From: Escherichia phage AV109
DNA: 64,000 bases
Reading direction: 5' to 3' (one strand)
Sequence record: OR352939.1
The notes beneath the pieces were generated by a model that saw only the letters and a program-made list of their open reading frames with translations, was not told the origin of the DNA and did not search any database. Each line of letters opens with the position of its first letter. Position 1 is the first letter of the stretch. Made by a program: the position numbers and the translations under genes. Shown piece by piece: positions 1 through 12,726 of the stretch.

Positions 1-2317
<2,317 letters not shown>

Positions 2318-2344
2318 AAATAAAGCAAATTAAGAGGAATTAAA

Positions 2345-4327
2345 ATGGCACTTCTCTCTCCGGGCGTTGAGCTCAAAGAAACTACCGTACAGAGTACTGT
2401 AGTTAATAACTCCACTGGTACTGCTGCCCTGGCTGGAAAATTCCAATGGGGACCTGCATTCCAGATTAAACAAATCACTGATGAAGTTGCATTGGTTGAT
2501 ATGTTTGGTACTCCTAATACGGATACAGCAGATTATTTCATGTCTGCTATGAACTTCCTTCAATATGGTAATGACCTTCGTGTCGTACGCGCAGTTGATC
2601 GTGATACTGCTAAGAACTCATCTCCTGTGGCAGGCAATATTGAATTCACAATCTCTGCTACTGGTAGTAACTATGCGGTTGGTGATAAAATTATCGTTAA
2701 GTATTTGACCGAAACTGTTGAAGCAGATGGTTATGTCACTTCAGTTGATGTCGATGGTAAAATTCTTAACATTTATATCCCAACCGGTAAAATTATTGCT
2801 CGTGCAAAAGAAATTAATGAATATCCGGCATTGGGTTCTAACTGGACCGCCGAAGTTGCCAGTTCTTCTTCTGGACTTTCTGGCGTTATTACAATTGGTT
2901 CTATCGTAACTGATTCGGGTATTCTGTTAACTGAAGTTGAAACTTCTGAAGAAGCTATTACTTCTCTAACTTTCCAAGAATCTATTAAAAAATATGGTGT
3001 CCCAGGCGTAGTTGCTCTTTATCCTGGTGAACTTGGCGACCAGCTCGAAATTGAAATCGTATCTAAAGCAGACTATGACAAAGGTGCTTCAGCCCAGTTA
3101 AAAATTTATCCTGATGGTGGTACTCGTGCATCTACTGCTAAAGCAATCTTTGGGTATGGCCCACAAACTGATGACCAATATGCAATTATCGTTCGTCGTA
3201 ACGATGCTGTAGTTCAGAGCGTAGTTCTTTCTACTAAACGCGGTGAACGAGATATTTATGGTAGTAATATCTTTATTGATGATTTCTTTGCTAAAGGCGC
3301 AAGCAATTATATTTTCGCTACTGCACAAGGTTGGCCAAAAGGTTTCTCTGGCGTAATCAAACTGGGTGGCGGCTTATCATCTAATGAAACTGTTGACGCT
3401 GGTGATTTAATGGAAGCTTGGGATTTGTTTGCTGACCGCGAATCTGTTAATGCGCAGTTGTTTATTGCCGGTTCTTGTGCAGGTGAATCTTTAGAAGTTG
3501 CTTCTACAGTTCAGAAACATGTTGTAGCAATTGGTGATTCTCGCCAAGATTGCTTGGTTCTTTGCTCACCGCCACGTGCAACTATAGTCGGTATTCCTGT
3601 TAATCGTGCAGTTGATAATCTGGTTGATTGGCGTACTGCGTCAGGAACTTACACTGATAATAACTTTAATGTAAGTTCTACTTATGCCGCTATTGACGGT
3701 AACTATAAATATCAATATGACAAATATAATGATGTGAATCGTTGGGTTCCATTAGCTGCTGATATTGCTGGTCTTTGTGCTCGCACAGACAATATTTCTC
3801 AGCCTTGGATGTCTCCTGCCGGTTATAACCGTGGACAAATTCTTAACGTTATTAAGCTTGCAATTGAAACTCGCCAAGCGCAGCGTGATCGTTTGTACCA
3901 GGAAGCTATTAACCCTGTTACTGGTACCGGTGGTGATGGGTATGTTCTGTACGGTGATAAAACTGCCACTTCTGTTCCTTCACCATTTGACCGTATTAAC
4001 GTTCGTCGTTTGTTCAATATGGTTAAAACGAACATTGGTTCAGCATCTAAATATCGCCTGTTTGAATTGAACAACGCATTTACCCGTTCTTCTTTCCGTA
4101 CAGAGACTTCTCAATATCTACAGGGTATTAAAGCTCTCGGTGGTGTATATAACTTTAAAGTTGTTTGTGATACTACCAATAACACACCAGCAGTTATCGA
4201 CCGTAATGAGTTTGTAGCTACTTTCTACTTACAACCTGCAAGATCGATAAATTATATTACGTTGAACTTTGTAGCAACAGCAACGGGTGCCGATTTCGAC
4301 GAACTAATTGGTGCTGTAGGTGCCTAA
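2345..4327 (+). CDS. 18: contractile tail sheath protein (T4 gp18-like)
   Basis: 660 aa, late-gene position after terminase, late promoter and SD upstream. Confidence 0.95.
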   Translation: MALLSPGVELKETTVQSTVVNNSTGTAALAGKFQWGPAFQIKQITDEVALVDMFGTPNTDTADYFMSAMNFLQYGNDLRVVRAVDRDTAKNSSPVAGNIEFTISATGSNYAVGDKIIVKYLTETVEADGYVTSVDVDGKILNIYIPTGKIIARAKEINEYPALGSNWTAEVASSSSGLSGVITIGSIVTDSGILLTEVETSEEAITSLTFQESIKKYGVPGVVALYPGELGDQLEIEIVSKADYDKGASAQLKIYPDGGTRASTAKAIFGYGPQTDDQYAIIVRRNDAVVQSVVLSTKRGERDIYGSNIFIDDFFAKGASNYIFATAQGWPKGFSGVIKLGGGLSSNETVDAGDLMEAWDLFADRESVNAQLFIAGSCAGESLEVASTVQKHVVAIGDSRQDCLVLCSPPRATIVGIPVNRAVDNLVDWRTASGTYTDNNFNVSSTYAAIDGNYKYQYDKYNDVNRWVPLAADIAGLCARTDNISQPWMSPAGYNRGQILNVIKLAIETRQAQRDRLYQEAINPVTGTGGDGYVLYGDKTATSVPSPFDRINVRRLFNMVKTNIGSASKYRLFELNNAFTRSSFRTETSQYLQGIKALGGVYNFKVVCDTTNNTPAVIDRNEFVATFYLQPARSINYITLNFVATATGADFDELIGAVGA

Positions 4328-4338
4328 TAAGACGCCTG

Positions 4339-4360
4339 ATGGGCTATTTCGGTAGCCCAT
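4339..4360 (+). terminator. stem-loop after gene 18 (8-bp stem ATGGGCTA/TAGCCCAT)
   Basis: perfect inverted repeat just after the gene 18 stop; no strong T-tract, so it may be an RNA stability or processing element. Confidence 0.35.
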
Positions 4361-4367
4361 ATAAATA
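4360..4367 (+). promoter_or_regulatory. T4-type late promoter TATAAATA for gene 19
   Basis: exact TATAAATA in the 18-19 intergenic region. Confidence 0.6.
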
Positions 4368-4439
4368 TACTATATCGTTTAAAAATTAATTCTATGGGCA
4401 TCCGGTTAATCCTAAGCCCATATTACTACAGAGGCTAAT

Positions 4440-4931
4440 ATGTTTGTAGATGACGTAACTCGTGCCTTCGAATCAGGTGATTTCGCTCGCCCTAACCTGT
4501 TCGAAGTAGAAATCTCTTATCTTGGGCAAAACTTTAGCTTCCAGTGTCGTGCTACGGCTCTTCCTGCTGCGATTGTTGAAAAGGTTCCTGTTTCTTATAT
4601 GAACCGTAAAATTAACGTGGCCGGTGATCGTACATTCGATGATTGGACTATTACAGTAATGAACGATGATGCTCATAGCATTCGTCAGAAATTTGTTGAT
4701 TGGCAAGGTATTGCAGCAGGACAAGGTAATGAAATTACCGGTGGTAAACCTGCTGAATATAAAAAGTCCGCTATCGTTCGTCAATTTGCTCGTGATGCTA
4801 AAACGGTCACTAAAGAAGTTGAAATTGTCGGCTTGTGGCCTACTAACGTTGGCGAAGTATCTCTTGACTGGGACAGCAATAACGAGATTGAAACGTTCGA
4901 AGTAACTCTTGCTCTTGATTGGTGGGAATAA
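4440..4931 (+). CDS. 19: tail tube protein (T4 gp19-like)
   Basis: 163 aa, same size and position as T4 gp19. Confidence 0.92.
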   Translation: MFVDDVTRAFESGDFARPNLFEVEISYLGQNFSFQCRATALPAAIVEKVPVSYMNRKINVAGDRTFDDWTITVMNDDAHSIRQKFVDWQGIAAGQGNEITGGKPAEYKKSAIVRQFARDAKTVTKEVEIVGLWPTNVGEVSLDWDSNNEIETFEVTLALDWWE

Positions 4932-4938
4932 TCTGGTT

Positions 4939-4952
4939 GGGGAGAAATCCCC
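4939..4952 (+). terminator. stem-loop GGGGA-GAAA-TCCCC after gene 19
   Basis: 5-bp GC stem with GNRA loop in the 19-20 intergenic region. Confidence 0.3.
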
Positions 4953-4979
4953 AGCTTCCCGTGATGACGGAGAAGTCCA

Positions 4980-4987
4980 TATAAATA
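4980..4987 (+). promoter_or_regulatory. T4-type late promoter TATAAATA for gene 20
   Basis: exact TATAAATA 29 nt upstream of the gene 20 ATG. Confidence 0.7.
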
Positions 4988-5015
4988 TAACTATAATTCC
5001 CATTCGGAGAATACA

Positions 5016-6587
5016 ATGAAATTTAATATCTTAAGTTTGTTTGCTCCATGGGCAAAAATGGACGAACGTGATTACAAAGACCAAGAAAAAGAAAATTTAG
5101 AATCTATCACCGCACCAAAATTAGACGACGGCGCTAAAGAATACGAAGTATCTGAAAATGAAGCACAGCAAACATATAATGCTATGTTTCAGAGAATGTT
5201 CGGTAGTCAAGAACCAGGGCTCAAATCAACCCGTGAATTAATCGATACGTATCGAAATTTGATGACGAACTATGAAGTGGATAATGCAGTCTCTGAAATA
5301 GTTTCCGATGCTATCGTATATGAAGATGATACAGAAGTCGTTTCTATAAATTTAGACAACACAAAATTTAGTCCAAATATCAAATCAATGATGTTGTATG
5401 AATTTAATGAAGTGTTAAATCATTTATCTTTCCAACGTAAAGGTTCAGATCATTTTAGACGTTGGTATGTGGATTCTCGAATTTTCTTCCATAAAATTAT
5501 TGACCCTAAACGCCCTAAAGAAGGTATTAAAGAGCTTCGTCGTTTAGACCCACGTCAAGTTCAATATGTCCGTGAAGTTATTACAACTACTGAAGCAGGT
5601 GTTAAAATAGTCAAGGGTTATAAAGAATATTTCATTTATGACACATCACACGAATCTTATGCTTGTGATGGTCGCATATATGAAGCTGGCACAAAAATAA
5701 AAATCCCTAAAGCCGCGATTGTTTACGCCCATTCTGGTTTAGTTGATTGTTGTGGTAAAAATATCATTGGTTATTTGCATCGGGCTATTAAGCCAGCGAA
5801 CCAATTAAAACTTCTTGAAGATGCCGTCGTAATTTATCGTATTACTCGTGCCCCCGATCGTCGTGTATGGTACGTTGATACAGGTAATATGCCTTCAAGA
5901 AAAGCAGCAGAACATATGCAACATGTTATGAATACGATGAAAAACCGTATTGCGTATGATGCTACTACAGGCAAGATTAAAAACCAGCAGCATATTATGT
6001 CGATGACCGAAGATTATTGGTTACAACGACGTGATGGTAAAGCGGTAACAGAAGTTGACACATTACCAGGTGCAGATAATACTGGAAATATGGAAGATGT
6101 ACGTTGGTTCCGTAATGCGCTTTATATGGCTTTACGTATTCCTATTACCCGTATTCCAAGTGACCAAGGTGGTATACAGTTTGATGCTGGTACTTCTATT
6201 ACACGAGATGAATTGTCATTTGGTAAATTTATTCGTGAGCTGCAACATAAATTTGAAGAGATATTCCTAGACCCGCTTAAAACTAATTTAATTCTTAAAG
6301 GAATTATTACAGAAGATGAGTGGAATGATGAAATAAATAATATTAAGATAAAATTTCATCGGGATAGTTATTTCTCGGAATTAAAGGATGCTGAGATTCT
6401 GGAGCGTCGCATTAATATGCTTCAGATGGCCGAACCATTTATTGGTAAATATATTTCTCACAGAACAGCTATGAAAGATATTCTTCAGATGTCTGACGAG
6501 GAAATTGAACAAGAGGCTAAGCAAATTGAAGAAGAGTCGAAAGAGGCTCGTTTCCAAGACCCCGACCAAGAACAAGAGGATTTTTAA
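5016..6587 (+). CDS. 20: portal vertex protein (T4 gp20-like)
   Basis: 523 aa, position between tail tube and prohead core genes as in T4. Confidence 0.95.
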   Translation: MKFNILSLFAPWAKMDERDYKDQEKENLESITAPKLDDGAKEYEVSENEAQQTYNAMFQRMFGSQEPGLKSTRELIDTYRNLMTNYEVDNAVSEIVSDAIVYEDDTEVVSINLDNTKFSPNIKSMMLYEFNEVLNHLSFQRKGSDHFRRWYVDSRIFFHKIIDPKRPKEGIKELRRLDPRQVQYVREVITTTEAGVKIVKGYKEYFIYDTSHESYACDGRIYEAGTKIKIPKAAIVYAHSGLVDCCGKNIIGYLHRAIKPANQLKLLEDAVVIYRITRAPDRRVWYVDTGNMPSRKAAEHMQHVMNTMKNRIAYDATTGKIKNQQHIMSMTEDYWLQRRDGKAVTEVDTLPGADNTGNMEDVRWFRNALYMALRIPITRIPSDQGGIQFDAGTSITRDELSFGKFIRELQHKFEEIFLDPLKTNLILKGIITEDEWNDEINNIKIKFHRDSYFSELKDAEILERRINMLQMAEPFIGKYISHRTAMKDILQMSDEEIEQEAKQIEEESKEARFQDPDQEQEDF

Positions 6588-6823
6588 TGGACGATTTAAT
6601 TCAAGCTATTAAATCAAACGACCTCGTTGCTACTCGAAAGTTTTTTGAAAGTGCAATGGCAGAAAAAACGGTTCGTTTGATTGAAGCACGCAAAGCAGAA
6701 ATCGCTTCTCAATTTTTGATTGAAGGCGAAGAACCTGAAGAAGAAAAGAAAGCTAAAGCTTCGGAAGACGACGCTGATGAAGGCGATGACGACGAAGACG
6801 AAGATGATGAGGACGATGAATAA
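6587..6823 (+). CDS. 67: prohead core protein (T4 gp67-like), acidic C-terminus
   Basis: 78 aa with poly-Asp/Glu tail; position after gene 20. Confidence 0.75.
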   Translation: MDDLIQAIKSNDLVATRKFFESAMAEKTVRLIEARKAEIASQFLIEGEEPEEEKKAKASEDDADEGDDDEDEDDEDDE

Positions 6824-7248
6824 TGTATCTTATCCCTGAATCTTATGAATTGGTACTCGAAAATGTCGAAGCACTTATTCCTGAAGCACAGGGCCGAATC
6901 GATGCATTGTCTTCTGCTCTCGATATTGACGATATAAATACTATTATCGAGAACATGCTTGAAACTGAAACGGATTTAGCTGTTGCAATGGCTTCCATTA
7001 TTAATGAAGAACAGTTAAATGAGTTTATCGTTAAACATGTTTCTTCTCGTGGTGAAGTCACTCGCACTAAAGACCGTAAAACTCGTGAACGTAACGCGTT
7101 CCAAACCACTGGTCTTTCTAAAGCAAAACGTAGACAAATCGCTCGTAAGGTCGTTAAAGCTAAAAAAGCTAACCCTTCAGGCCAAGTTAAAGGCTTGCGT
7201 AAGCGTAAAAAAGCTCTTAAACGTCGTAAAGCATTAGGATTAAGCTAA
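6823..7248 (+). CDS. 68: prohead core protein (T4 gp68-like)
   Basis: 141 aa, basic C-terminus, position between 67 and 21. Confidence 0.75.
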   Translation: MYLIPESYELVLENVEALIPEAQGRIDALSSALDIDDINTIIENMLETETDLAVAMASIINEEQLNEFIVKHVSSRGEVTRTKDRKTRERNAFQTTGLSKAKRRQIARKVVKAKKANPSGQVKGLRKRKKALKRRKALGLS

Positions 7249-7889
7249 TGAATAAACCCGAGTTACTTATTGAAACTTGGGGTCAACCCGGTGAGATTAT
7301 TGATGGCGTTCCAATGTTGGAATCTCATGATGGAAAAGATTCTGGCTTAAAACCAGGGCTTTATATAGAAGGTATTTTTCTTCAGGCAGAGGTTGTTAAC
7401 CGAAATAAACGTTTATATCCTAAACGCGTTTTGGAAAAAGCAGTAAGTGACTATATTAAAGAACAAGTCGCAACCAAACAAGCCCTTGGAGAATTAAACC
7501 ATCCACCTCGTGCAAATGTTGACCCTATGCAAGCCGCTATCATTATTGAAGATATGTGGTGGAAAGGAAACGATGTATATGGACGTGCTAGAATTATTGA
7601 AGGCGACCATGGTCCCGGCGATAAATTAGCTGCTAATATACGAGCTGGTTGGATTCCAGGTGTTTCCTCTCGTGGTCTTGGTTCTTTAACCGACACCAAT
7701 AAAGGGTACCGTATCGTGAACGAAGGATTTAAATTAACCGTCGGTGTAGATGCCGTATGGGGACCTTCGGCTCCAGATGCTTGGGTTACTCCTAAACAAA
7801 TATCAGAATCAGAAAATTCGGTGGAAATCACCAAAAACAGTGCTGACGAAGCATTTAAAGCTCTCGCAGAGAGTTTAAAAGCATTATAA
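7248..7889 (+). CDS. 21: prohead core scaffold/protease (T4 gp21-like)
   Basis: 213 aa, T4 gene order. Confidence 0.92.
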   Translation: MNKPELLIETWGQPGEIIDGVPMLESHDGKDSGLKPGLYIEGIFLQAEVVNRNKRLYPKRVLEKAVSDYIKEQVATKQALGELNHPPRANVDPMQAAIIIEDMWWKGNDVYGRARIIEGDHGPGDKLAANIRAGWIPGVSSRGLGSLTDTNKGYRIVNEGFKLTVGVDAVWGPSAPDAWVTPKQISESENSVEITKNSADEAFKALAESLKAL

Positions 7890-7892
7890 ATA
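7885..7892 (+). promoter_or_regulatory. T4-type late promoter TATAAATA for gene 22
   Basis: exact TATAAATA overlapping the gene 21 stop, 31 nt upstream of the gene 22 ATG. Confidence 0.7.
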
Positions 7893-7922
7893 ATAATGTA
7901 ATCTAAACCACAGGACACTAAA

Positions 7923-8735
7923 ATGATCAAAGAACAACTTTTGAAAGAAGCTCAGAACATCGAGACTTCAGTTGCTCTTAATAGTGTTTTCGAATCAGTA
8001 GAACTGTCTCCGGACGTTAAAGCTAATTTCAGCACTGTATTCGAAGCCACCGTTAAGCAGGAAGCAGTCAAACTAGCTGAATCTCATATCAAAGCCATCG
8101 CCGAAAAAGCCGAAGAAGAAGTTGAAAAGGCTAAAGAAGATGCTGAAGAGAAAGCTGATAAAAAATTGGCTGAACAAGCTTCTAAATTCCTAGACCATCT
8201 TGCAAAAGAATGGCTCGCAGAAAACCAAATCGCAGTTGATAAAGGCATTAAAGCTGATTTGTTCGAATCCATGCTTGGTGGTCTGAAAGAACTGTTTGTT
8301 GAACATAACGTTGTTGTTCCAGAAGAATCTGTAGATGTTGTAGCAGAAATGGAAGAAGAGCTGGCCGAACATAAAGAAGAAACCGCTCGTTTGTTCGAAG
8401 AAGTTACCAAACGTGATGCATATATCAATTACGTTCAGCGTGAAACCGCTATTAATGAAAGCGTAAAAGACCTGACTGAATCTCAGAAAGAAAAAGTTAT
8501 TGGCCTGGTTGAAGGTATGGATTATTCTGACGCATTTGGTACTAAGTTAACTGCTATTGTAGAAATGGTTAAAGGTTCTACTAAAGAAGAAGCCGCTATT
8601 ACCGAAAGTATAAATACAGTTGACAATGACGCTGCCGGTCTTAATTTTGTTGCCGAAGCAGTTGACACTACCACAACTCAGGTAGAACAGAATTCTAATG
8701 TAAGTTTATATGCGAAAGTCGCATCTCGTTTCTAA
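7923..8735 (+). CDS. 22: prohead core scaffold protein (T4 gp22-like)
   Basis: 270 aa, highly acidic coiled-coil-like sequence, position before major capsid gene. Confidence 0.9.
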   Translation: MIKEQLLKEAQNIETSVALNSVFESVELSPDVKANFSTVFEATVKQEAVKLAESHIKAIAEKAEEEVEKAKEDAEEKADKKLAEQASKFLDHLAKEWLAENQIAVDKGIKADLFESMLGGLKELFVEHNVVVPEESVDVVAEMEEELAEHKEETARLFEEVTKRDAYINYVQRETAINESVKDLTESQKEKVIGLVEGMDYSDAFGTKLTAIVEMVKGSTKEEAAITESINTVDNDAAGLNFVAEAVDTTTTQVEQNSNVSLYAKVASRF

Positions 8736-8752
8736 TTTAAAGGTTAACACAA

Positions 8753-10321
8753 ATGACTACTATCAAAACTAAAGCTCAGCTCGTAGACAAATGGAAAGAA
8801 CTGCTGGAAGGTGAAGGCCTGCCGGAAATCGCTAATAGCAAGCAGGCTATTATCGCTAAAATCTTCGAAAACCAGGAAAAAGATTTCGAAGTATCCCCTG
8901 AATATAAAGACGAGAAAATCGCTCAGGCATTTGGTTCTTTCTTGACCGAAGCTGAAATTGGTGGTGACCACGGTTATAATGCTCAGAACATCGCAGCGGG
9001 TCAAACCTCTGGTGCAGTAACCCAAATTGGGCCGGCAGTTATGGGTATGGTTCGTCGTGCTATTCCTAATCTGATCGCTTTTGATATTTGTGGTGTTCAG
9101 CCTATGAACAGCCCGACCGGTCAGGTATTTGCTCTCCGTGCAGTATATGGTAAAGACCCTATCGCTGCTGGCGCTAAAGAAGCTTTCCATCCGATGTATG
9201 CCCCGGACGCGATGTTCTCTGGTCAGGGTGCTGCTAAGAAATTCCCAGCTCTGGCTGCTGACACTACTACTGTTGTAGGTGATATCTATACTCACTTCTT
9301 CCAAGAAACTGGTACTGTATATCTGCAAGCTTCTGCTGTCGTAACACTTGATTCTGGTGCAACTGATGCAGCTAAATTAGATGCAGAAGTTAAGAAACAA
9401 ATGGAAGCTGGTGCACTGGTAGAAATCGCTGAAGGTATGGCTACTTCTATCGCTGAACTCCAGGAAGGTTTCAACGGTTCTACCGATAACCCATGGAATG
9501 AAATGGGCTTCCGTATCGATAAACAAGTTATCGAAGCTAAATCTCGCCAGCTGAAAGCTGCTTACTCTATCGAATTAGCACAAGACCTCCGTGCAGTACA
9601 CGGTATGGATGCTGATGCTGAACTGAGCGGTATTCTGGCTACAGAAATTATGCTAGAAATCAACCGTGAAGTTGTTGATTGGATTAACTACTCAGCACAG
9701 GTTGGTAAATCTGGTATGACCCTGACTCCTGGTTCTAAAGCTGGTGTATTTGACTTCCAGGACCCGATTGATATCCGTGGTGCTCGTTGGGCCGGTGAAA
9801 GCTTTAAATCTCTGTTGTTCCAGATTGATAAAGAAGCAGTTGAAATTGCTCGTCAAACCGGTCGTGGTGAAGGTAACTTCATTATCGCTTCCCGTAACGT
9901 AGTTAACGTACTGGCTTCAGTTGATACTGGTATTTCTTACGCTGCACAGGGTCTGGCTTCCGGTTTTAATACCGACACTACTAAGTCTGTATTTGCCGGT
10001 GTACTTGGTGGTAAATACCGCGTATACATCGACCAGTATGCTAAACAGGATTATTTCACCGTTGGTTACAAAGGCGCTAACGAAATGGATGCAGGTATTT
10101 ACTATGCTCCTTACGTTGCACTTACCCCACTGCGTGGTTCCGATCCTAAGAACTTCCAGCCGGTAATGGGCTTTAAAACTCGTTACGGTATCGGTGTTAA
10201 CCCGTTTGCTGAAAGTTCCCTGCAGGCTCCAGGTGCTCGCATCCAGTCCGGTATGCCGTCTATCCTGAACAGCCTTGGTAAGAACGCTTACTTTAGACGC
10301 GTCTACGTTAAAGGAATTTAA
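8753..10321 (+). CDS. 23: major capsid protein (T4 gp23-like)
   Basis: 522 aa; near-identical to recalled T4 gp23 across the whole length. Confidence 0.97.
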   Translation: MTTIKTKAQLVDKWKELLEGEGLPEIANSKQAIIAKIFENQEKDFEVSPEYKDEKIAQAFGSFLTEAEIGGDHGYNAQNIAAGQTSGAVTQIGPAVMGMVRRAIPNLIAFDICGVQPMNSPTGQVFALRAVYGKDPIAAGAKEAFHPMYAPDAMFSGQGAAKKFPALAADTTTVVGDIYTHFFQETGTVYLQASAVVTLDSGATDAAKLDAEVKKQMEAGALVEIAEGMATSIAELQEGFNGSTDNPWNEMGFRIDKQVIEAKSRQLKAAYSIELAQDLRAVHGMDADAELSGILATEIMLEINREVVDWINYSAQVGKSGMTLTPGSKAGVFDFQDPIDIRGARWAGESFKSLLFQIDKEAVEIARQTGRGEGNFIIASRNVVNVLASVDTGISYAAQGLASGFNTDTTKSVFAGVLGGKYRVYIDQYAKQDYFTVGYKGANEMDAGIYYAPYVALTPLRGSDPKNFQPVMGFKTRYGIGVNPFAESSLQAPGARIQSGMPSILNSLGKNAYFRRVYVKGI

Positions 10322-10348
10322 TGCTTTAACGTTAAAATACATAACCTT

Positions 10349-10370
10349 ATGGGAGACTCCGGTCTCCCAT
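10349..10370 (+). terminator. rho-independent terminator after gene 23
   Basis: 9-bp stem ATGGGAGAC/GTCTCCCAT with UCCG loop followed by a T-rich run. Confidence 0.6.
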
Positions 10371-10378
10371 TCTTGTTT

Positions 10379-11038
10379 CTATAGCTTAAAACAATCATCG
10401 CGTTCATTAATCCAATTTCTTATAGTTTTTGCGGATACGTTAAAGAATTCGGCAGCGTAATCGTAGTGGTTAAATTCATGGCCTTTAATAGAAATATCCA
10501 CAAATACAAATTTCTTACCTTTATTAGAATTCTTTCTAATTTTTGCTTTATGCTCTTCTGATAGTTTTCTACCTTTAAGATGAGAATCTCTATTTTTATA
10601 AAACTTTTTATTTGCTATAGATTTGTTTTCTCGATGTTCTTTAGATTCTTTAGAACCTAATTTCTTTTTAGATATTTTGGCCCGAACTTCTTCAGTCATA
10701 CCAGCTTTTGTCTTTTCGGATAACATCTCACGATACCCAGGTTCCTGTAAAGCTACTATAACAGGATTACCCTTGCCGCCTAAGGCTGCATTATAAGTAT
10801 CTGTTCTCATGACAAAAGCCTCGTCAACTAGTTCGGCTTCCTTAGCATACATCTCTTCAGATGTTTCGAAATTGAAAAGGATTTCCTTTTTAAAATTCTC
10901 TAAGCCGTATTTCTTTATGGATTTTACTATGTTAACCCCGGAACCCATATAAGAATCGTTAACATCTGTGGTGGCATGGGCTCCAACATAAATCTTGTTA
11001 TTAATGAGATTGGTTATTTTGTAAATTAAATAATTCAT
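10379..11038 (-). CDS. free-standing GIY-YIG homing endonuclease (SegD-like position between genes 23 and 24)
   Basis: N-terminal YKITN...KIYVG GIY-YIG motif, lysine-rich NUMOD-like middle, C-terminal DNA-binding tail. Confidence 0.85.
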   Translation of the reverse strand: MNYLIYKITNLINNKIYVGAHATTDVNDSYMGSGVNIVKSIKKYGLENFKKEILFNFETSEEMYAKEAELVDEAFVMRTDTYNAALGGKGNPVIVALQEPGYREMLSEKTKAGMTEEVRAKISKKKLGSKESKEHRENKSIANKKFYKNRDSHLKGRKLSEEHKAKIRKNSNKGKKFVFVDISIKGHEFNHYDYAAEFFNVSAKTIRNWINERDDCFKL

Positions 11039-11041
11039 ATT

Positions 11042-11308
11042 TTATGCTGCTTTGACACGTCGGTTGATGATATCACGGAAGTCAATACGATTTTCTTGGA
11101 TTTTCAGCCAGTTACCAGATTTGTCTTTGGTATGGGTAGAATATTCACCGTTCCACCAGAAGTCAGTTTCATAAGCCAGGGCTTCGTATTTCTTAACCAA
11201 TGCATTAACTGCATTACCGTTAGGATTGGTACCAAATTTTTCTACCAGAGCTTTGATGTCTTTGTCAAGGTTAGAAAGTGTGGTACGGATAAAGTTTAAT
11301 TTGTTCAT
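11042..11308 (-). CDS. hypothetical protein (88 aa from the SD-preceded ATG)
   Basis: ORF track 11042..11323; start moved to the ATG preceded by GAGGAG; early promoter upstream. Confidence 0.5.
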   Translation of the reverse strand: MNKLNFIRTTLSNLDKDIKALVEKFGTNPNGNAVNALVKKYEALAYETDFWWNGEYSTHTKDKSGNWLKIQENRIDFRDIINRRVKAA

Positions 11309-11337
11309 TTTTAATCTCCTCATGTTTTGATAGGTCT

Positions 11338-11367
11338 ATAGTAACACGACGCTTTTTGTGTGTAAAC
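11338..11367 (-). promoter_or_regulatory. T4-type early promoter (-35 GTTTAC, 18-nt spacer, extended -10 TGnTACTAT)
   Basis: sigma70-like hexamers with T4-early GTTTAC -35; member of a repeated family. Confidence 0.6.
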
Positions 11368-11373
11368 CACTTT

Positions 11374-11381
11374 TATAAATA
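11374..11381 (+). promoter_or_regulatory. T4-type late promoter TATAAATA for gene 24
   Basis: exact TATAAATA 31 nt upstream of the gene 24 ATG. Confidence 0.7.
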
Positions 11382-11411
11382 AAATTATATTCTCAATAAG
11401 GAAAAAATGCA

Positions 11412-12695
11412 ATGAGTAAAATCCAAAAATTATTGCGTGAATCTACAACGTCTACTAGCAACTCAATTGGTCGCCCAAATCTCGTTGCTTTGACTCGCGC
11501 TACGACTAAATTAATATATTCTGACATTGTAGCAACACAAAGAACTAATCAACCTGTTGCTGCTTTTTATGGTATCAAATATCTTAACCCAGATAACGAA
11601 TTCACATTTAAAACCGGTGCTACTTATGCGGGTGAAGTTGGATATGTAGACCGAGAAAAAATTACTGAACTCACAGAAGAATCAAAAGTCACACTAAATA
11701 AAGGTGATTTTTTCAAATATAATAATATCGTCTATAAAGTGTTAGAAGATACACCATTTGCAGATATTCAAGAAAGTGATCTAGAATTAGCTCTTCAGAT
11801 TGCAGTCGTTCATTTAAAGGTACGGTTATTTTCAGATGCAGCGGTAACAAGCAAATTTGAAAGCTCTGGTAGCGAAATTTCTGATGCAAGATTCCAGATT
11901 AATAAATGGCAAACTTCAGTCAAATCTCGTAAACTTAAAACTGGCCTCACGGTTGAATTAGCGCAAGATTTGGAAGCGAATGGATTTGATGCCCCTAACT
12001 TCTTAGAAGATTTGCTTGCTACTGAAATGGCTGATGAAATTAATAAAGATATTCTTCAGTCTTTAATTACTGTATCAAAACGATATAAAGTTACTGGAAT
12101 TACTGACACCGGATTTATTGACTTGAGCTATGCATCCGCTCCAGAAGCAGGTCGTTCATTATATCGAATGGTGTGTGAAATGGTGTCACACATTCAAAAA
12201 GAGTCAACTTATACTGCAACGTTTTGTGTAGCCTCAGCTCGTGCAGCTGCTATTCTTGCTGCTTCTGGTTGGTTAAAACATAAGCCGGAAGATGATAAGT
12301 ATCTTTCACAAAATGCTTATGGATTCTTGGCAAATGGATTACCTCTTTACTGCGATACCAACAGTCCGTTAGATTATGTTATTGTGGGTGTTGTAGAAAA
12401 TATCGGCGAAAAAGAAATTGTAGGGTCCATCTTTTATGCTCCATACACTGAAGGAGTAGATTTAGATGACCCGGAACATGTTGGTGCATTTAAAGTTGTA
12501 GTTGATCCGGAAAGCTTGCAACCGTCTATCGGATTATTGGTTAGATACGCTTTATCAGCAAATCCTTACACAGTAGCAAAAGATGAAAAAGAAGCGAGAA
12601 TAATTGATGGCGGGGACATGGATAAAATGGCAGGACGTTCAGACTTGTCTGTTTTACTCGGTGTTAAATTGCCTAAAATTATTATAGATGAATAA
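11412..12695 (+). CDS. 24: head vertex protein (T4 gp24-like)
   Basis: 427 aa, paralogous in size and position to gp23 as in T4. Confidence 0.93.
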   Translation: MSKIQKLLRESTTSTSNSIGRPNLVALTRATTKLIYSDIVATQRTNQPVAAFYGIKYLNPDNEFTFKTGATYAGEVGYVDREKITELTEESKVTLNKGDFFKYNNIVYKVLEDTPFADIQESDLELALQIAVVHLKVRLFSDAAVTSKFESSGSEISDARFQINKWQTSVKSRKLKTGLTVELAQDLEANGFDAPNFLEDLLATEMADEINKDILQSLITVSKRYKVTGITDTGFIDLSYASAPEAGRSLYRMVCEMVSHIQKESTYTATFCVASARAAAILAASGWLKHKPEDDKYLSQNAYGFLANGLPLYCDTNSPLDYVIVGVVENIGEKEIVGSIFYAPYTEGVDLDDPEHVGAFKVVVDPESLQPSIGLLVRYALSANPYTVAKDEKEARIIDGGDMDKMAGRSDLSVLLGVKLPKIIIDE

Positions 12696-12696
12696 A

Positions 12697-12726
12697 CGAA
12701 AAAGGGACCTTACGGTCCCTTTTTCG
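12697..12726. terminator. bidirectional terminator between convergent gene 24 and rnlB
   Basis: 13-bp stem CGAAAAAGGGACC/GGTCCCTTTTTCG with 4-nt loop; A/T tracts on both sides. Confidence 0.65.

Noticed and set aside
6750-6823. Poly-Asp/Glu run at the end of gp67 as a possible repeat or low-complexity artefact
   Set aside because: Acidic tails are normal for prohead core proteins; no DNA-level tandem repeat beyond the codon pattern.
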